Origin: Eledone cirrhosa | Lineage: Eukaryota | Length of the DNA: 64,000 nt | Assembly: GCA_964016885.1 (NCBI GenBank) | Contig: OZ024742.1 | Span: forward strand, 43,214,001-43,278,000 | Direction of reading: 5' to 3' | Shown: piece after piece, positions 1 to 12,078 of the stretch | Numbering within the stretch: position 1 is the stretch's first letter | Layout: each line of letters opens with the position of its first letter | Notes under the pieces: model-generated | Databases searched by the model: none | What the model was told of the DNA's origin: nothing | What the model saw: the letters and a program-made list of their open reading frames with translations, nothing else | Position numbers and translations under genes: made by a program

Positions 1-1125
1 CCACTGATGCCCTCTTCCTTATGAGGCAGTTACAGGAAAAGTACCGCTAAAAGTAAGCCGCTCTACTTGGCATTCGGCGATCTGGAAAAAGCCTTTGACA
101 GAGTTCCCCGTGCTATAATCTGGTGGGCTCTTAGAAAACTAGCAGTAGATGAATGGCTTGTGAAAGCTGTACAAGCCATGTATAGGGAGCAGTCAGCAAA
201 GTTAGGGTTAGCAATGACTATAGCGAGGAATTTAGCATACAGGTCGGTGTCCACCAGGACTCTGTTCTTAGTCCTCTCCTGTTCATTATAGTTTTGCAGG
301 TAATAACGGAGGAGTTTAAGACTGGATGCCCATGGGAACTCCTATATGCAGATGATCTCACACTTATAGCTGAATCTATGGTGGAACTAGAGAAGAAATT
401 CCAAACATGGAAGCAGAGACTAAAAAGAAAGGGTCTCAAAGTCAACCTGACAAAGACTAGGGTCCTCGTACGTAGACAAGAAAACAGAACCCAGATCCCC
501 TCAGGGAAATTGCCTTGTTCAGTATGTAGGAAAGGCGTATGTAGGAACTTCATCTTCTGCCCCAAATGCAAACAATGGGTACACAAGAGATGTAGTGGGA
601 TCTCAAGAAGATTAACTAAGAATGTAGGCTCCACATGTAGCAGCTGTGCTGGGACAGCAAGCAGCAAACGACCAGAGGAAACAAGCACCACCAAACTCTG
701 GGAGGGTTCTGTAGAAACAGTAGACAGCTTCTGCTACCTAGGTGACCGAATTAGCAGCGGAAAGTACAACTAGGGTAAGAACGGGATGGAAGAAGTTCAG
801 GGAGCTACTGCCACTGCTAGCTGCAAAAGGCTTCTCCCTCAAAATGAAAGGCAGACTGTATGATGCGTGTATACAAACAGCAATGTTACATGGTAGTGAG
901 ACCTGGGCGCTGTCTGTAGAAGACTTGTGTAGATTAGAAAGAAACGAAGCTTGCATGCTCTGATGGATGTGTAATAGTAATATACGAGAACGGTAAAGCA
1001 TAAACAAATTGAGAGAGAGACTGAGCATAAGAGGAATCAAATGCTGTGTGCAGGAGAGGAGGTTGCGTTTGTATGGACATGTGATGCGTATGAAGACGTA
1101 AAACAGTGATGATGATGATGATGAT
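1..1125 (+). mobile_element. Degenerate RTE-clade LINE (RT with internal PHD-like finger, GAT tail) in a CBR intron
   Basis: Frameshifted ORFs with DLEKAFDRVP, LLYADD, C-x2-C..C-x2-C-x4-H-x2-C..C-x2-C, VDSFCYLG and MLHGSETW; ends in (GAT)n at about 1108-1125. Confidence 0.9.
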
Positions 1126-1535
1126 CAAGCAATGTTAAACTAGTTTTTAATACTGTTGTACACTGTTGAATTAGTTGTCCTGTCAAAGGTGTACAAAATC
1201 ACAAAGATATCCTATTGATAGCTGACAATGGGATATTCCTTACTTATGTCATCCTTTTTTCAATTTCTCCATTCTTCATACTATTTTCCTTACACACATA
1301 TACACAACCCAATGAGAAAGACTATATAGTCCTTCAAACTGCTAGAAATAGCAAACAAAACTCCCCTGATTTATATCTTACCCTCTTTAAAAAAGTGCAA
1401 CCTAGATTAAGTAGTCCTAGATACATAATGTCTGAATTAATTTAAGATGATCATGACTGGAACACAGAATTAAGTTGAGCTGGAGCAAAACAACAATAAC
1501 ATCAACAACAACTAGAAGAGAACTGTAACAAATAC

Positions 1536-1714
1536 CGTATAAGCAATGCCAGCATTGTTGACAAGAATATCCAAACCTCCATAGGTTTCTTTCAAATGGT
1601 TTGCAAAAGCAGAAATACTTTGAGAGTCTGTGATGTCAAGTTGATGGAATTTGGCATGGCATCCTTCTTTGCCAAGTTCTGCAACAGATGCCTCCCCACG
1701 TCCAACATCACGAG
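1536..1714 (-). CDS. CBR1: Carbonyl reductase [NADPH] 1-like SDR, coding exon 3 (ARDVGRGEA...FHQLDI...YGGLDILVNNAGIAYT)
   Basis: SDR NNAG motif and CBR-type FHQLDI/YGGLD; acceptor ccag ending at 1715, donor gtattt at 1535; 179 bp, phase 1 to 0, fits exon 2. Confidence 0.9.
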
Positions 1715-1751
1715 CTGGTAAATGAAAGAGAGATAATTGTAAGTAAAGGAG

Positions 1752-4700
1752 AATAAACTTGTTAATTAACAAGAGATGGTGAGTTGGTGGCTAACATTGA
1801 GGCTACACGATAAACTTGTTGTTAGTTAACTAGAGATGGTGAGTTGGTGGCTAACATTGAGGCTTCACAATAAACTTGTTAGTTAACAAGAGATGGTGAG
1901 TTGGTGGCTAACATTGAGGCTACACAATAAACCTGTTGTTAGTTAACAAGAGATGGTGAGTTGGTGGCTAACATTGAGGCTTCACGATAAACCTGTTGTT
2001 AGTTAACAAGAGATGGTGAGTTGGTGGCTAACATTGAGGCTTCACAATAAACCTGTTGTTAGTTAACAAGAGATGGTGAGTTGGTGGCTAACATTGAGGC
2101 TTCACAATAAACCTGTTGTTAGTTAACAAGAGATGGTGAGTTGTGGCTGAGATTGAGGCTTCACAATAAACCTGATGTTAGTTAACAAGAGATGGTGTGT
2201 TGGTGGCTAACATTGAGGCTTCACAATAAACTTGTTAGTTAACAAGAGATGGTGAGTTGGTGGCTAACATTGAGGCTACACAATAAACCTGTTGTTAGTT
2301 AACAAGAGATGGTGAGTTGGTGGCTAACATTGAGGCTACACAATAAACCTGTTGTTAGTTAACAAGAGATGGTGAGTTGGTGGCTAACATTGAGGCTTCA
2401 CAATAAACCTGTTGTTAGTTAACAAGAGATGGTGAGTTGGTGGCTAACATTGAGGCTTCACAATAAACCTGTTGTTAGTTAACAAGAGATGGTGAGTTGG
2501 TGGCTAACATTGAGGCTACACAATAAACCTGTTGTTAGTTAACAAGAGATGGTGAGTTGGTGGCTAACATTGTGGCTTCACAATAAACCTGTTGTTAGTT
2601 AACAAGAGATGGTGAGTTGGTGGCTAACATTGAGGCTTCACAATAAACCTGTTGTTAGTTAACAAGAGATGGTGAGTTGGTGGCTAACATTGAGGCTTCA
2701 CAATAAACCTGTTGTTAGTTAACAAGAGATGGTGAGTTGGTGGCTAACATTGAGGCTTCACAATAAACCTGTTGTTAGTTAACAAGAGATGGTGAGTTGG
2801 TGGCTAACATTGAGGCTTCACAATAAACTTGTTGTTAGTTAACAAGAGATGGTGAGTTGGTGGCTAACATTGAGGCTTCACAATAAACCTGTTGTTAGTT
2901 AACAAGAGATGGTGAGTTGGTGGCTAACATTGAGGCTTCACAATAAACTTGTTGTTAGTTAACAAGAGATGGTGAGTTGTGGCTGAGATTGAGGCTTCAC
3001 AATAAACCTGTTGTTAGTTAACAAGAGATGGTGAGTTGGTGGCTAACATTGAGGCTACACAATAAACCTGTTGTTAGTTAACAAGAGATGGTGAGTTGGT
3101 GGCTAACATTGAGGCTACACAATAAACTTGTTGTTAGTTAACAAGAGATGGTGAGTTGTGGCTGAGATTGAGGCTTCACAATAAACCTGTTGTTAGTTAA
3201 CAAGAGATGGTGAGTTGGTGGCTAACATTGAGGCTACACAATAAACCTGTTGTTAGTTAACAAGAGATGGTGAGTTGGTGGCTAACATTGAGGCTTCACA
3301 ATAAACCTGTTGTTAGTTAACAAGAGATGGTGAGTTGGTGGCTAACATTGAGGCTTCACAATAAACCTGTTGTTAGTTAACAAGAGATGGTGAGTTGGTG
3401 GCTAACATTGAGGCTACACAATAAACTTGTTGTTAGTTAACAAGAGATGGTGAGTTGTGGCTGAGATTGAGGCTTCACAATAAACCTGATGTTAGTTAAC
3501 AAGAGATGGTGAGTTGGTGGCTAACATTGAGGCTACATAATAAACTTGTTAGTTAACAAGAGATGGTGAGTTGGTGGCTAACATTGAGGCTTCACAATAA
3601 ACTTGTTAGTTAACAAGAGATGGTGAGTTGGTGGCTAACATTGAGGCTTCACAATAAACTTGTTAGTTAACAAGAGATGGTGAGTTGGTGGCTAACATTG
3701 AGGCTTCACAATAAACTTGTTAGTTAACAAGAGATGGTGAGTTGGTGGCTAACATTGAGGCTTCACAATAAACTTGTTAGTTAACAAGAGATGGTGAGTT
3801 GGTGGCTAACATTGAGGCTACACAATAAACTTGTTAGTTAACAAGAGATGGTGAGTTGGTGGCTAACATTGAGGCTTCACAATAAACTTGTTAGTTAACA
3901 AGAGATGGTGAGTTGGTGGCTAACATTGAGGCTACACAATAAACTTGTTAGTTAACAAGAGATGGTGAGTTGGTGGCTAACATTGAGGCTTCACAATAAA
4001 CTTGTTAGTTAACAAGAGATGGTGAGTTGGTGGCTAACATTGAGGCTTCACAATAAACTTGTTAGTTAACAAGAGATGGTGAGTTGGTGGCTAACATTGA
4101 GGCTACACAATAAACTTGTTAGTTAACAAGAGATGGTGAGTTGGTGGCTAACATTGAGGCTTCACAATAAACTTGTTAGTTAACAAGAGATGGTGAGTTG
4201 GTGGCTAACATTGAGGCTTCACAATAAACCTGTTGTTAGTTAACAAGAGATGGTGAGTTGGTGGCTAACATTGAGGATACACAATAAACTTGTTGTTAGT
4301 TAACAAGAGATGGTGAGTTGTGGCTGAGATTGAGGCTTCACAATAAACCTGATGTTAGTTAACAAGAGATGGTGTGTTGGTGGCTAACATTGAGGCTTCA
4401 CAATAAACTTGTTAGTTAACAAGAGATGGTGAGTTGGTGGCTAACATTGAGGCTTCACAATAAACTTGTTGTTAGTTAACAAGAGATGGTGAGTTGGTGG
4501 CTAACATTGAGGCTTCACAATAAACTTGTTGTTAGTTAACAAGAGATGGTGAGTTGGTGGCTAACATTGAGGCTTCACAATAAACTTGTTGTTAGTTAAC
4601 AAGAGATGGTGAGTTGGTGGCTAACATTGAGGCTTCACAATAAACTTGTTAGTTAACAAGAGATGGTGAGTTGGTGGCTAACATTGAGGCTTCACAATAA

Positions 4701-5150
4701 ACTTGTTAGTTAACAAGAGATGGTGAGTTGGTGGCTAACATTGAGGCTTCACAATAAACTTGTTGTTAGTTAACAAGAGATGGTGAGTTGGTGGCTAACA
4801 TTGAGGCTTCACAATAAACTTGTTGTTAGTTAACAAGAGATGGTGAGTTGGAGGCTAACATTGAGGCTTCACAATAAACTTGTTAGTTAACAAGAGATGG
4901 TGAGTTGGTGGCTAACATTGAGGCTTCACAATAAACTTGTTAGTTAACAAGAGATGGTGAGTTGGTGGCTAACATTGAGGCTTCACAATAAACTTGTTAG
5001 TTAACAAGAGATGGTGAGTTGGTGGCTAACATTGAGGCTTCACAATAAACTTGTTGCTAGTTAACAAGAGATGGTGAGTTGGTGGCTAACATTGAGGCTT
5101 CACAATAAACTTGTTAGTTCAGATGAGATGGTGAGTTGGTATCTAAATTC
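1752..5150. repeat. Minisatellite, 57-60 bp unit, about 57 copies, in CBR intron 2
   Basis: Unit aataaacytgtt(gtt)agttaacaagagatggtgagttggtggctaacattgaggctwcac repeated head-to-tail with no unique spacers. Confidence 0.98.
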
Positions 5151-5186
5151 CAGTTTTCACAGTAAACTGTTGTTAATCAAGATATG

Positions 5187-5480
5187 TGAAGGCATGAAGC
5201 TTAGTAATTAAGGTGTCAACTCATGACCTCCTTAGCTTGATTGGTAACGCATTGTCCTTGAGCAAGACACTTTATTTCACGTAGCTTTAGTCCACTCAAC
5301 TGGAAAAAAATTACATGTACCTGAAATTCAAAGGGCCAGACATATTACACTGAATCTCCCTGACAATTCCATTAAGGATATACATATCTGTGGAATGCTG
5401 AGCCACTTGCACATTGATTTTATGAAGAGGTTGTTCCATTAATCAAACATACGGAACACTTATCTTTGGAACTGACATAA
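5187..5480 (+). mobile_element. Degenerate tRNA-derived SINE with CORE-like segment
   Basis: gtccttgagcaagacactttatttcac shared with copies at 29400, 37360, 44590 and 63278. Confidence 0.6.
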
Positions 5481-5618
5481 GACAATTTCCCTGAATCAAA
5501 GAAAATACAGATCTTTTAAAGTTCTTTTCCACCTGCCCTCAAGAATGTCTTGAATAACTGTAACAATAAATATTAAAACTTCTCTTGGAGAAACATAACC
5601 ATACATATTGATGTTTAT

Positions 5619-5837
5619 TTAACTCTTTAACATTTAAACCGGCTATATCTGGCTAGAATTCTCTCACTCCTTTCTCTCGTAACAGACCACTCATACTGAT
5701 GTTAAGGTATTGTTCTCAAAATAATAATTATCAAAATCTCACAGATTTAATATTATGTGAAATAATTATGTGGGGTAAAGCCTTTACCATGAAAATATAA
5801 TAGTAAATATAGAGTAATGTAAATGTTAAAGGATTAA
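5619..5837. mobile_element. TTAA-flanked MITE (piggyBac-like)
   Basis: Ends ttaactctttaacattta / taaatgttaaaggattaa form a TIR bounded by TTAA; second copy at 50448-51629. Confidence 0.7.
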
Positions 5838-5899
5838 GAGAGGAACTCAGATACAATAAATACAAAAATATTTCTAAATACAAAGAATATTTAACATAC

Positions 5900-5981
5900 C
5901 TGTTGCTATCACATCTCCTTTGAACTTTTTACACAAAGCTCTTACAATGGCATAACCAATCCCTTTGTTGCTTCCTGTTAC
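5900..5981 (-). CDS. CBR1: Carbonyl reductase 1-like, coding exon 2 (VTGSNKGIGYAIVRALCKKFKGDVIAT)
   Basis: Rossmann TGxxxGIG motif; poly-T tract plus ccag acceptor ending at 5982, gtatgt donor at 5899; 82 bp, phase 0 to 1. Confidence 0.92.
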
Positions 5982-6667
5982 CTGGTGAAAAAAAAAAAAA
6001 CCTTTGTTGATTTATGCTCCAAATACCAGATATATGAATTTTGATGATTTTCAAAAGTATTTAAAAATATTAGAACAGCAAAATAGGTAATACCTCTGAT
6101 TGATTAAAAAAAGTTTTCTTTCTCTTTATTTTTTCTGTTTTGTTTCATTACATATCAAAATTGATACACCACATGGAGGCTCCATGCAATTACAGCTTTG
6201 CTTGCTAGAGTCATCTAAAGTTTTAAATCAGTTGCAATGAAACTGTGAATGACCAGCTGGTTACTAAAATCAGAATGACAACAGCCCACCTGATGAGGGA
6301 GCCCTGTGAGGTAGGGTGGCAGTTGCAGCAGGTGCCTCTGGCCATTCAGTCCATGGGGCACTGCTCAGACTGGGGTATAGTGTGTCCTTCTTCCTTTCTT
6401 TCGTTGCTTGTACCTAAATTAGAAATTACTATTATTATTAAATTCCATTGAGATCGATTTTGCCTTATATTTTCTGGAGTTAATAATAGCAGTCAAATAC
6501 TGGGTCAATCTAAGGGCATGTTTCTTTTCTCTTGTGACAAGAGTAACCATCCCTTTTTTTACACTAGCTGAGTACCTTATAGTGATGATGGTTTCAAACA
6601 TAAATACAATTATACAAACACGTGCGGGTGGCACTGTCGATTAAATTGACTCCAATAATATATCATC

Positions 6668-6770
6668 ACCGAGGTTAGCTTTGCCTTTCATCCTTACGGG
6701 GTCGATTTAATCGACTTGCCCCTCCAACAAAGATTATTGGCCTTGTGCCTAAATTAGAAATCATTGTTGA
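6668..6770 (+). mobile_element. Deu/Nin-like SINE fragment
   Basis: ccgaggttagctttgcctttcatccttacggggtcgat, same family as 34661-34855. Confidence 0.6.
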
Positions 6771-7218
6771 CACAAGAGGTGCTGGAGTTTCGAAAATATC
6801 ATTCAAAATTATTCCGAAAGAGAAATTATTGAAGAAAAAATGTTTCAATCGCTTAACTAAAAGGAATATAAAGAGATAATTGTTTGCCAAACTACTATTA
6901 AGATTTTGAATAAACTATATATTAGATTGTCTCATCTTGTTGAAGTATCAGGTAATACTCAAGGGTGTTTTTTCAGAGACTCTGTTTCTCTATAATCTGC
7001 AGTAAAACTGCGTTTTGAATTGCCTCAAAGAATTGTATAAGGACAACACCAGCATTCACTGCTGTAGTGTGTAATTGAGAGTATTATTTTTTATTTATTT
7101 ATTTATTTATTTATTTTGTAAATCATCTTTTATATAAACCCGGTTTATCAATAAAGATTGATCGTTTACCAAAATTTTATCTAAATACAACAAAAAAAAA
7201 AGGTTATAAATAATAATT

Positions 7219-7945
7219 GAGTTGGACCTCAATGTCTGGTATCTTGATGACACTTGTTTAGGGGGACCTCCAGGTAGGGTTCTCGCCACTGCTAACAAAA
7301 TGAGTGAGGAGCTTGGCTGTCGGGATCTCCAGGTCAATAGCTCCAAATGTGAGCTTTGGATCCTGAACCATCTGGCTTCTCAACATCAACAGACAATTGA
7401 CCTGTTTGCAGAGTCCTTCCCTTCCATTGTGGTCCCTCCCCCATCGGGTTGGTGCTCCTTAGGAGCCCCAATTACAGACCTTGACTTCAAGCCAATCTTC
7501 CTATCAAAGATGGTTGGGCTTGAGCAATTGTTGAAGAATATTGAAGCAATTCAAGTCCCATCAAGGTTTTTTCATGCTCAGAAACTACATTTCAATTCCC
7601 AAGCATCTATATATGCTCAGGGTCAGCCCATCTCACAGATTTTCGTCATGCCTCCAACACTACATGCTTATGTGTTTTATTTTCCCTTTCTTTCCCTTTC
7701 CTTAGTATATATTATATTTGTATGAGTTTTTGTTTTGTGTAAGCATTATATTATTATATTTTTTATACAATTGTATTTATTATATGCGTTTATATTTTCA
7801 TTCTGAAACAATTGCAAACAATTTGTAATATTATTTTTTGTAATTTAAATTTTACGCGAATTAAAATATATTCACAAATTTTATTCACAGTTGCATAAAT
7901 AATATTACAAATTGCTCACAATTCTTTCGGAATAACATTACAAAT
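7219..7945 (+). mobile_element. CRE-clade non-LTR retrotransposon RT fragment plus AT-rich 3' region
   Basis: WYLDDTCLGG...NSSKCE...LGAPI, closely similar to 15889-16330. Confidence 0.8.
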
Positions 7946-7949
7946 ATAA

Positions 7950-8138
7950 TTGTTTCTAGTTTTGGCACAAGACCAGCAATTACGCAGTACATTACTGGTA
8001 CTTTATTTTATCGACCCCGTAAGGATGAAAGGCAAAGTTAACCTCGGCGGGATTTGAACTCAGACCATAAAGGGTCGTAACTCTTTGCTGCAAAGCATGG
8101 CGTCCAACCCTCTACCGATACTGCCAATCCACTGCCCT
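7950..8138 (-). mobile_element. tRNA-derived Deu/Nin-like SINE
   Basis: B-box GAGTTCAAATCC on the minus strand followed by GCCTTTCATCCTTACGGGGTCGATAAAATAAAGTACCAG; further copies at 9890, 11345, 12490, 32510, 34661 and 54590. Confidence 0.8.
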
Positions 8139-8140
8139 TC

Positions 8141-8950
8141 ATCTCCTTATAATATATAACCAGCAATTTCTCTGTCTGTCTGTCCGACAGTGGAAACACG
8201 TGCGCGCGTGCGAATGTTTTTTGCGCACACGTAGAGAGAGAGTGAGAGTGAAAGAAAGAGACAGACTACGAGAGGGGGAGGGAGAGAGAGAGAGTGAATA
8301 GACGCTAAAACACGTGCGCGCGTGCGAATGTTTTTTGCGCACGCGTAGAGAGAGAGTGAGAGTGAAAGAAAGAGACAGACTACAAGAGGGGGATAGCGGG
8401 AGAGAGAGAGACGCTGGAAAAGGGGAAGGAAAGCTATGTCTTGCTGTCTGCATTACGATACATATATACACACACACACACTGATCGCGTCATAATGACG
8501 TAATGCAGACAGCCAGACATACAGACAGATATTATAAGGGCGCAACGTTATATCTATGTATCTATCTAAAAAGAAAGACTAAGACTTATAGAGAGAGATC
8601 GCTAAATCGCCTAATGCGGTCCCTAGAGCATTGAAAATTTGAAATATGTTTTGCTCAAAACACTCACAGGTCCCTAAGTATTACATGTGTAAAGTTTGAA
8701 AACAATCGGTTGGGTGGTTCTCAAGTTTTAGTGAGCTGACAGACAGACAGACATTCTCTGTTTTAGATATATAGACTAGCAGAAAACCGCCCACGAGTGG
8801 TTTTCTGCTAGTCTCTATATATATAAAACGGTAGATGTCTGTCTGTGTGTGTGTATGATTTTTATGCATTTCCACATTTCTCTACCGATGTAGATGATTT
8901 TTTTCCAATGTGCTCCAAATTTACCAAGTCAGGTCAACGCGTAATAATTT
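8141..8950. mobile_element. Cluster of non-autonomous Helitron-like ends, with an internal direct repeat of about 115 bp
   Basis: TC(TA)n..(CTGT)n 5' ends in both orientations; palindrome actagcagaaaacc..ggttttctgctagt at 8775-8812; direct repeat 8195-8400. Confidence 0.5.
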
Positions 8951-9295
8951 TTGCCAAAAATGTCCTGCTTCTATAAAAAAAAAAAATCAATAAATCTAAA
9001 TACATGCTGTAACCCTCTCTCTTACACACTTCATTCCTCTCACTACTACCATCAAAAATCTATGAAACTACATGTTGCAACTCTCTCTCTATATATATAT
9101 CACACACACACACACACACACACATTTACATCTAAAGAGAGAAAAGGAGATGTAGAGAGAGAGAGAGTGAGATAGGTCGTTATACAGAGAGAGGTACAAG
9201 ATAATCAGACAGAGAGAGAGAGAGAGAATGGCGACGAACGCTGGTTCACACACACACACACACAAACAAACAGATATATATATATATATAAAGAC

Positions 9296-9719
9296 GGCGA
9301 TATCCAATTTTAGCGACCTAAATGCCGCTTACTTGCTGTTGTTGCTGCTTACTTCAGTGTATGAGGCTATTCCAACAAATATACATTCCCAGAACGAGGA
9401 AACTGTGGGGATATGTCGCCGGCCAACAAATGGTTTGTACAGGTAAGAGAAGAAGGGAGCACCCCTCCTCTCTCTGTGCTCCCTGGCAGAAAGGTCGCAC
9501 ACTTTCTACGGGGGTGTGTGTAACCCCAAAAGGCTAATAAATCGCAAAAAAAACAAACAAACAAAAACGTGGCAAATAAATCGAAAAAAAAAAACAATAA
9601 ATAAATCTATATTTCTTTTAACGGCTAAAAAAAGGGAATGTAAATTTGTTGGAATAGCCTCATACATTGAAGTAAGCAGCAAGTAAGCGGCATTTAGGCT
9701 GCTAAAATTGGATATCGCC
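9296..9719. mobile_element. MITE with 85-95 bp TIRs and a near-perfect 8-bp TSD
   Basis: ggcgatatccaattttagc... inverted at ...gctaaaattggatatcgcc; flanks ataaagac / ataaagag. Confidence 0.75.
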
Positions 9720-10270
9720 ATAAAGAGAGAGAGAGAGAGAGAGAGAGATGCGCGTTCTTTATTGTTCTCCATTCTGTAGAAGAAGAGAGAGAGAGGGGGT
9801 ATGAGAGAGAGAGAGAGAGAGAGAGAGAGGGGGTATGTGAAAAAAGGGAGAGGGGTTTGAGAAAGAAAGAAAGTTTAAGCAAAGAATCGACTTTATTTTA
9901 TCAACCCCGTAAGGATGAAAGGCAAAGTTAACCTCGACGGGATTTTAACTTTGCCTTAAAATAGTAAAAGTAAATAGTGAAGATTTAGGCCAGTACATAC
10001 GTATGCGCCGACGGACATACACATACATATACACACACACACACAAATACATACACACGCGCGCGCGTGTGTGTGTAAACCATATACATTTCTAGAGTAT
10101 TTTCACCAAACTTAAGACATAGGTTACTTATGTACTCCGGATGGTCATGGGCACTTTCATTTTTCCAGATATTGATTATAGGGCCTCCCGGCAGATAACC
10201 CCCTTCAAATATATCCGGCCAAAATGGCGACAAAGAAGGTCGCTTGATCACGTCTTGACCAAACAAAATA

Positions 10271-10975
10271 TGGCATACGTTAAGAATGGCGTTCGTGAAA
10301 GTGAAAGTAAATTTTCTGACAAGTGAATTTGTTTGTTGTTTTTTTTTACAATGAAAGTTACGATACACACGCAATTGTATGGATTTCTTAAAATATATAT
10401 ATGTGTGGGTGTGTATATGTGTGTATATATGTGTGTACACTGTGAATTTGTTTGTTTATTTACAACAGGTCTCTATAGTGATAAGGTATTAGTATTGCGT
10501 GTGTGATTATTTTTTCTTATATATATATGTGTGGGTGTGTATATCTGTGTATATATATGTGTGTCTGTATGTATATATATATGTGTGTTTGTATATATAT
10601 ATGTGTTTGTGTCATCATCATCGTTTAGATGTTTTTGTAATATCTTGCTATTTAAAAACACACAATGTCATTATTTTTTTAAAAAAATTTTCCGTACACA
10701 CAATACACAAAAAAAAGAAAAAGGAAAAATAATCACACACGCAATACTAATTAACACCATATCACTATAGAGACCTGTTGTAAATAAACAAACAAATTCC
10801 CAGTGTACACACATATATACACACATATACACACCCACACGTATATATATATTTTAAGAAATCCATACAATTGCGTGTGTATCGTAACTTTCATTGTAAA
10901 AAAAAAAAAAGAAAAAAATTCACTTGTCAGAAAATTTACTTTCACTCTCACGAACGCCATTCTTAACGTATGCCA
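10271..10975. mobile_element. Foldback element with TIRs of about 245 bp
   Basis: 10271-10515 is the reverse complement of about 10725-10975 (tggcatacgttaagaatggcgttcgtga...). Confidence 0.85.
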
Positions 10976-11344
10976 AATAATTATCGACTGTATGTCTGAA
11001 TAAAAGAAGGGATTATTGCGGTTATGTCATTGATCATGTCTACTGGATTCGGACTGAACTGGAGGTGATTAAAAAAGGTGACGGGAATACAGGAAAGGAG
11101 CGAAACCGTTACTATTTAGTGTTCAGGAGTCCCTATTACAGTTATAGTGTTGTGGGATTGTCAAACATTTTTAATTACGAGAATATGATTTATTCACGAT
11201 TGTATAAATAACTTTACATATTATTTATAATTCTTACAAGACGAAAATAGACATACAAATAATAAATACAATATTTAATTACATAAATATTTCACATACA
11301 AATATAAAATAAGAATGAGAGAAAATATTAATTCAACACCAAGT

Positions 11345-11528
11345 AATTGTTTCTACTTTTGGCACAAGGCCAGCAATTATCCAGTGCATTACTGGTACTT
11401 TATTTTATCGACCCCGTAAAGATGAAAGGCAAAGTTAACCTCGGCGGGATTTGAACTCAAACCATAAAGGGACGTAACTCTTTGCTGCAAAGCATAGCGT
11501 CAGACCCTCTACCGATAGTGCCAATCCA
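11345..11528 (-). mobile_element. Deu/Nin-like SINE
   Basis: Near-identical to 7950-8138. Confidence 0.8.
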
Positions 11529-11569
11529 ACCAAGTAATGTGTATAGATTAGTCACGCACCAAAATGTAA

Positions 11570-11850
11570 ACCGGAACCTTTCTCACGGGTATCACCAGAC
11601 ACCTCGGTATGACGAGCCGCTAACGATGACAAGAACTTCGTTGTCAGCGGCCCATCTCCCCCCAAACGTTTCGAAGGTCACAGGCTGGAAAAAACAGTTT
11701 GTCGCTAATTCCCGGTATTTTAAAATTTTATTCCGTTGGGCTACGGAATCAGTAACCCTCACATTCACCGCAGCATGCAGGATATAGGAAGAAGCAAAAG
11801 AATCAATAACCGTGACATCCAAAATAAGATATCTACCTCTTACCGGAAGG
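11570..11850 (-). mobile_element. CRE-clade restriction-like endonuclease C-terminal fragment
   Basis: LDVTVIDSFASSY...NKILKYREL..FFQPVTFETFG fits the D-x-T..K..KY..P...ET-x-G pattern of RLE domains. Confidence 0.7.
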
Positions 11851-12060
11851 TTAATAAACATAACATTTCAGCAACCTATACAATCGCTACCCCAATGATA
11901 CGAGCTTGTAGTGAGACAAGTGTATTTTAAAAGTACTGGCCCTTAATTTGGCTTGTGTACAATGTAAATTACACTTTTTTTAAATTGTTCTTTTTTGAGA
12001 GACTGTGTGTGTGTAATTTTTCTAATAGTTAATTATTAGTAACGATATTAAAAGGCTTAC

Positions 12061-12078
12061 CACAGCTACTTGAACCAT
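12061..12078 (-). CDS. CBR1: Carbonyl reductase 1-like, coding exon 1 (MVQVAV)
   Basis: agaATGG start context and gtaagc donor at 12060; splices in phase to give MVQVAVVTGSNKGIG, the typical CBR N-terminus. Confidence 0.8.

Noticed and set aside
1752-5150. CRISPR-like array
   Set aside because: Units are contiguous and near-identical with no unique spacers, there are no cas genes, and the context is a eukaryotic intron
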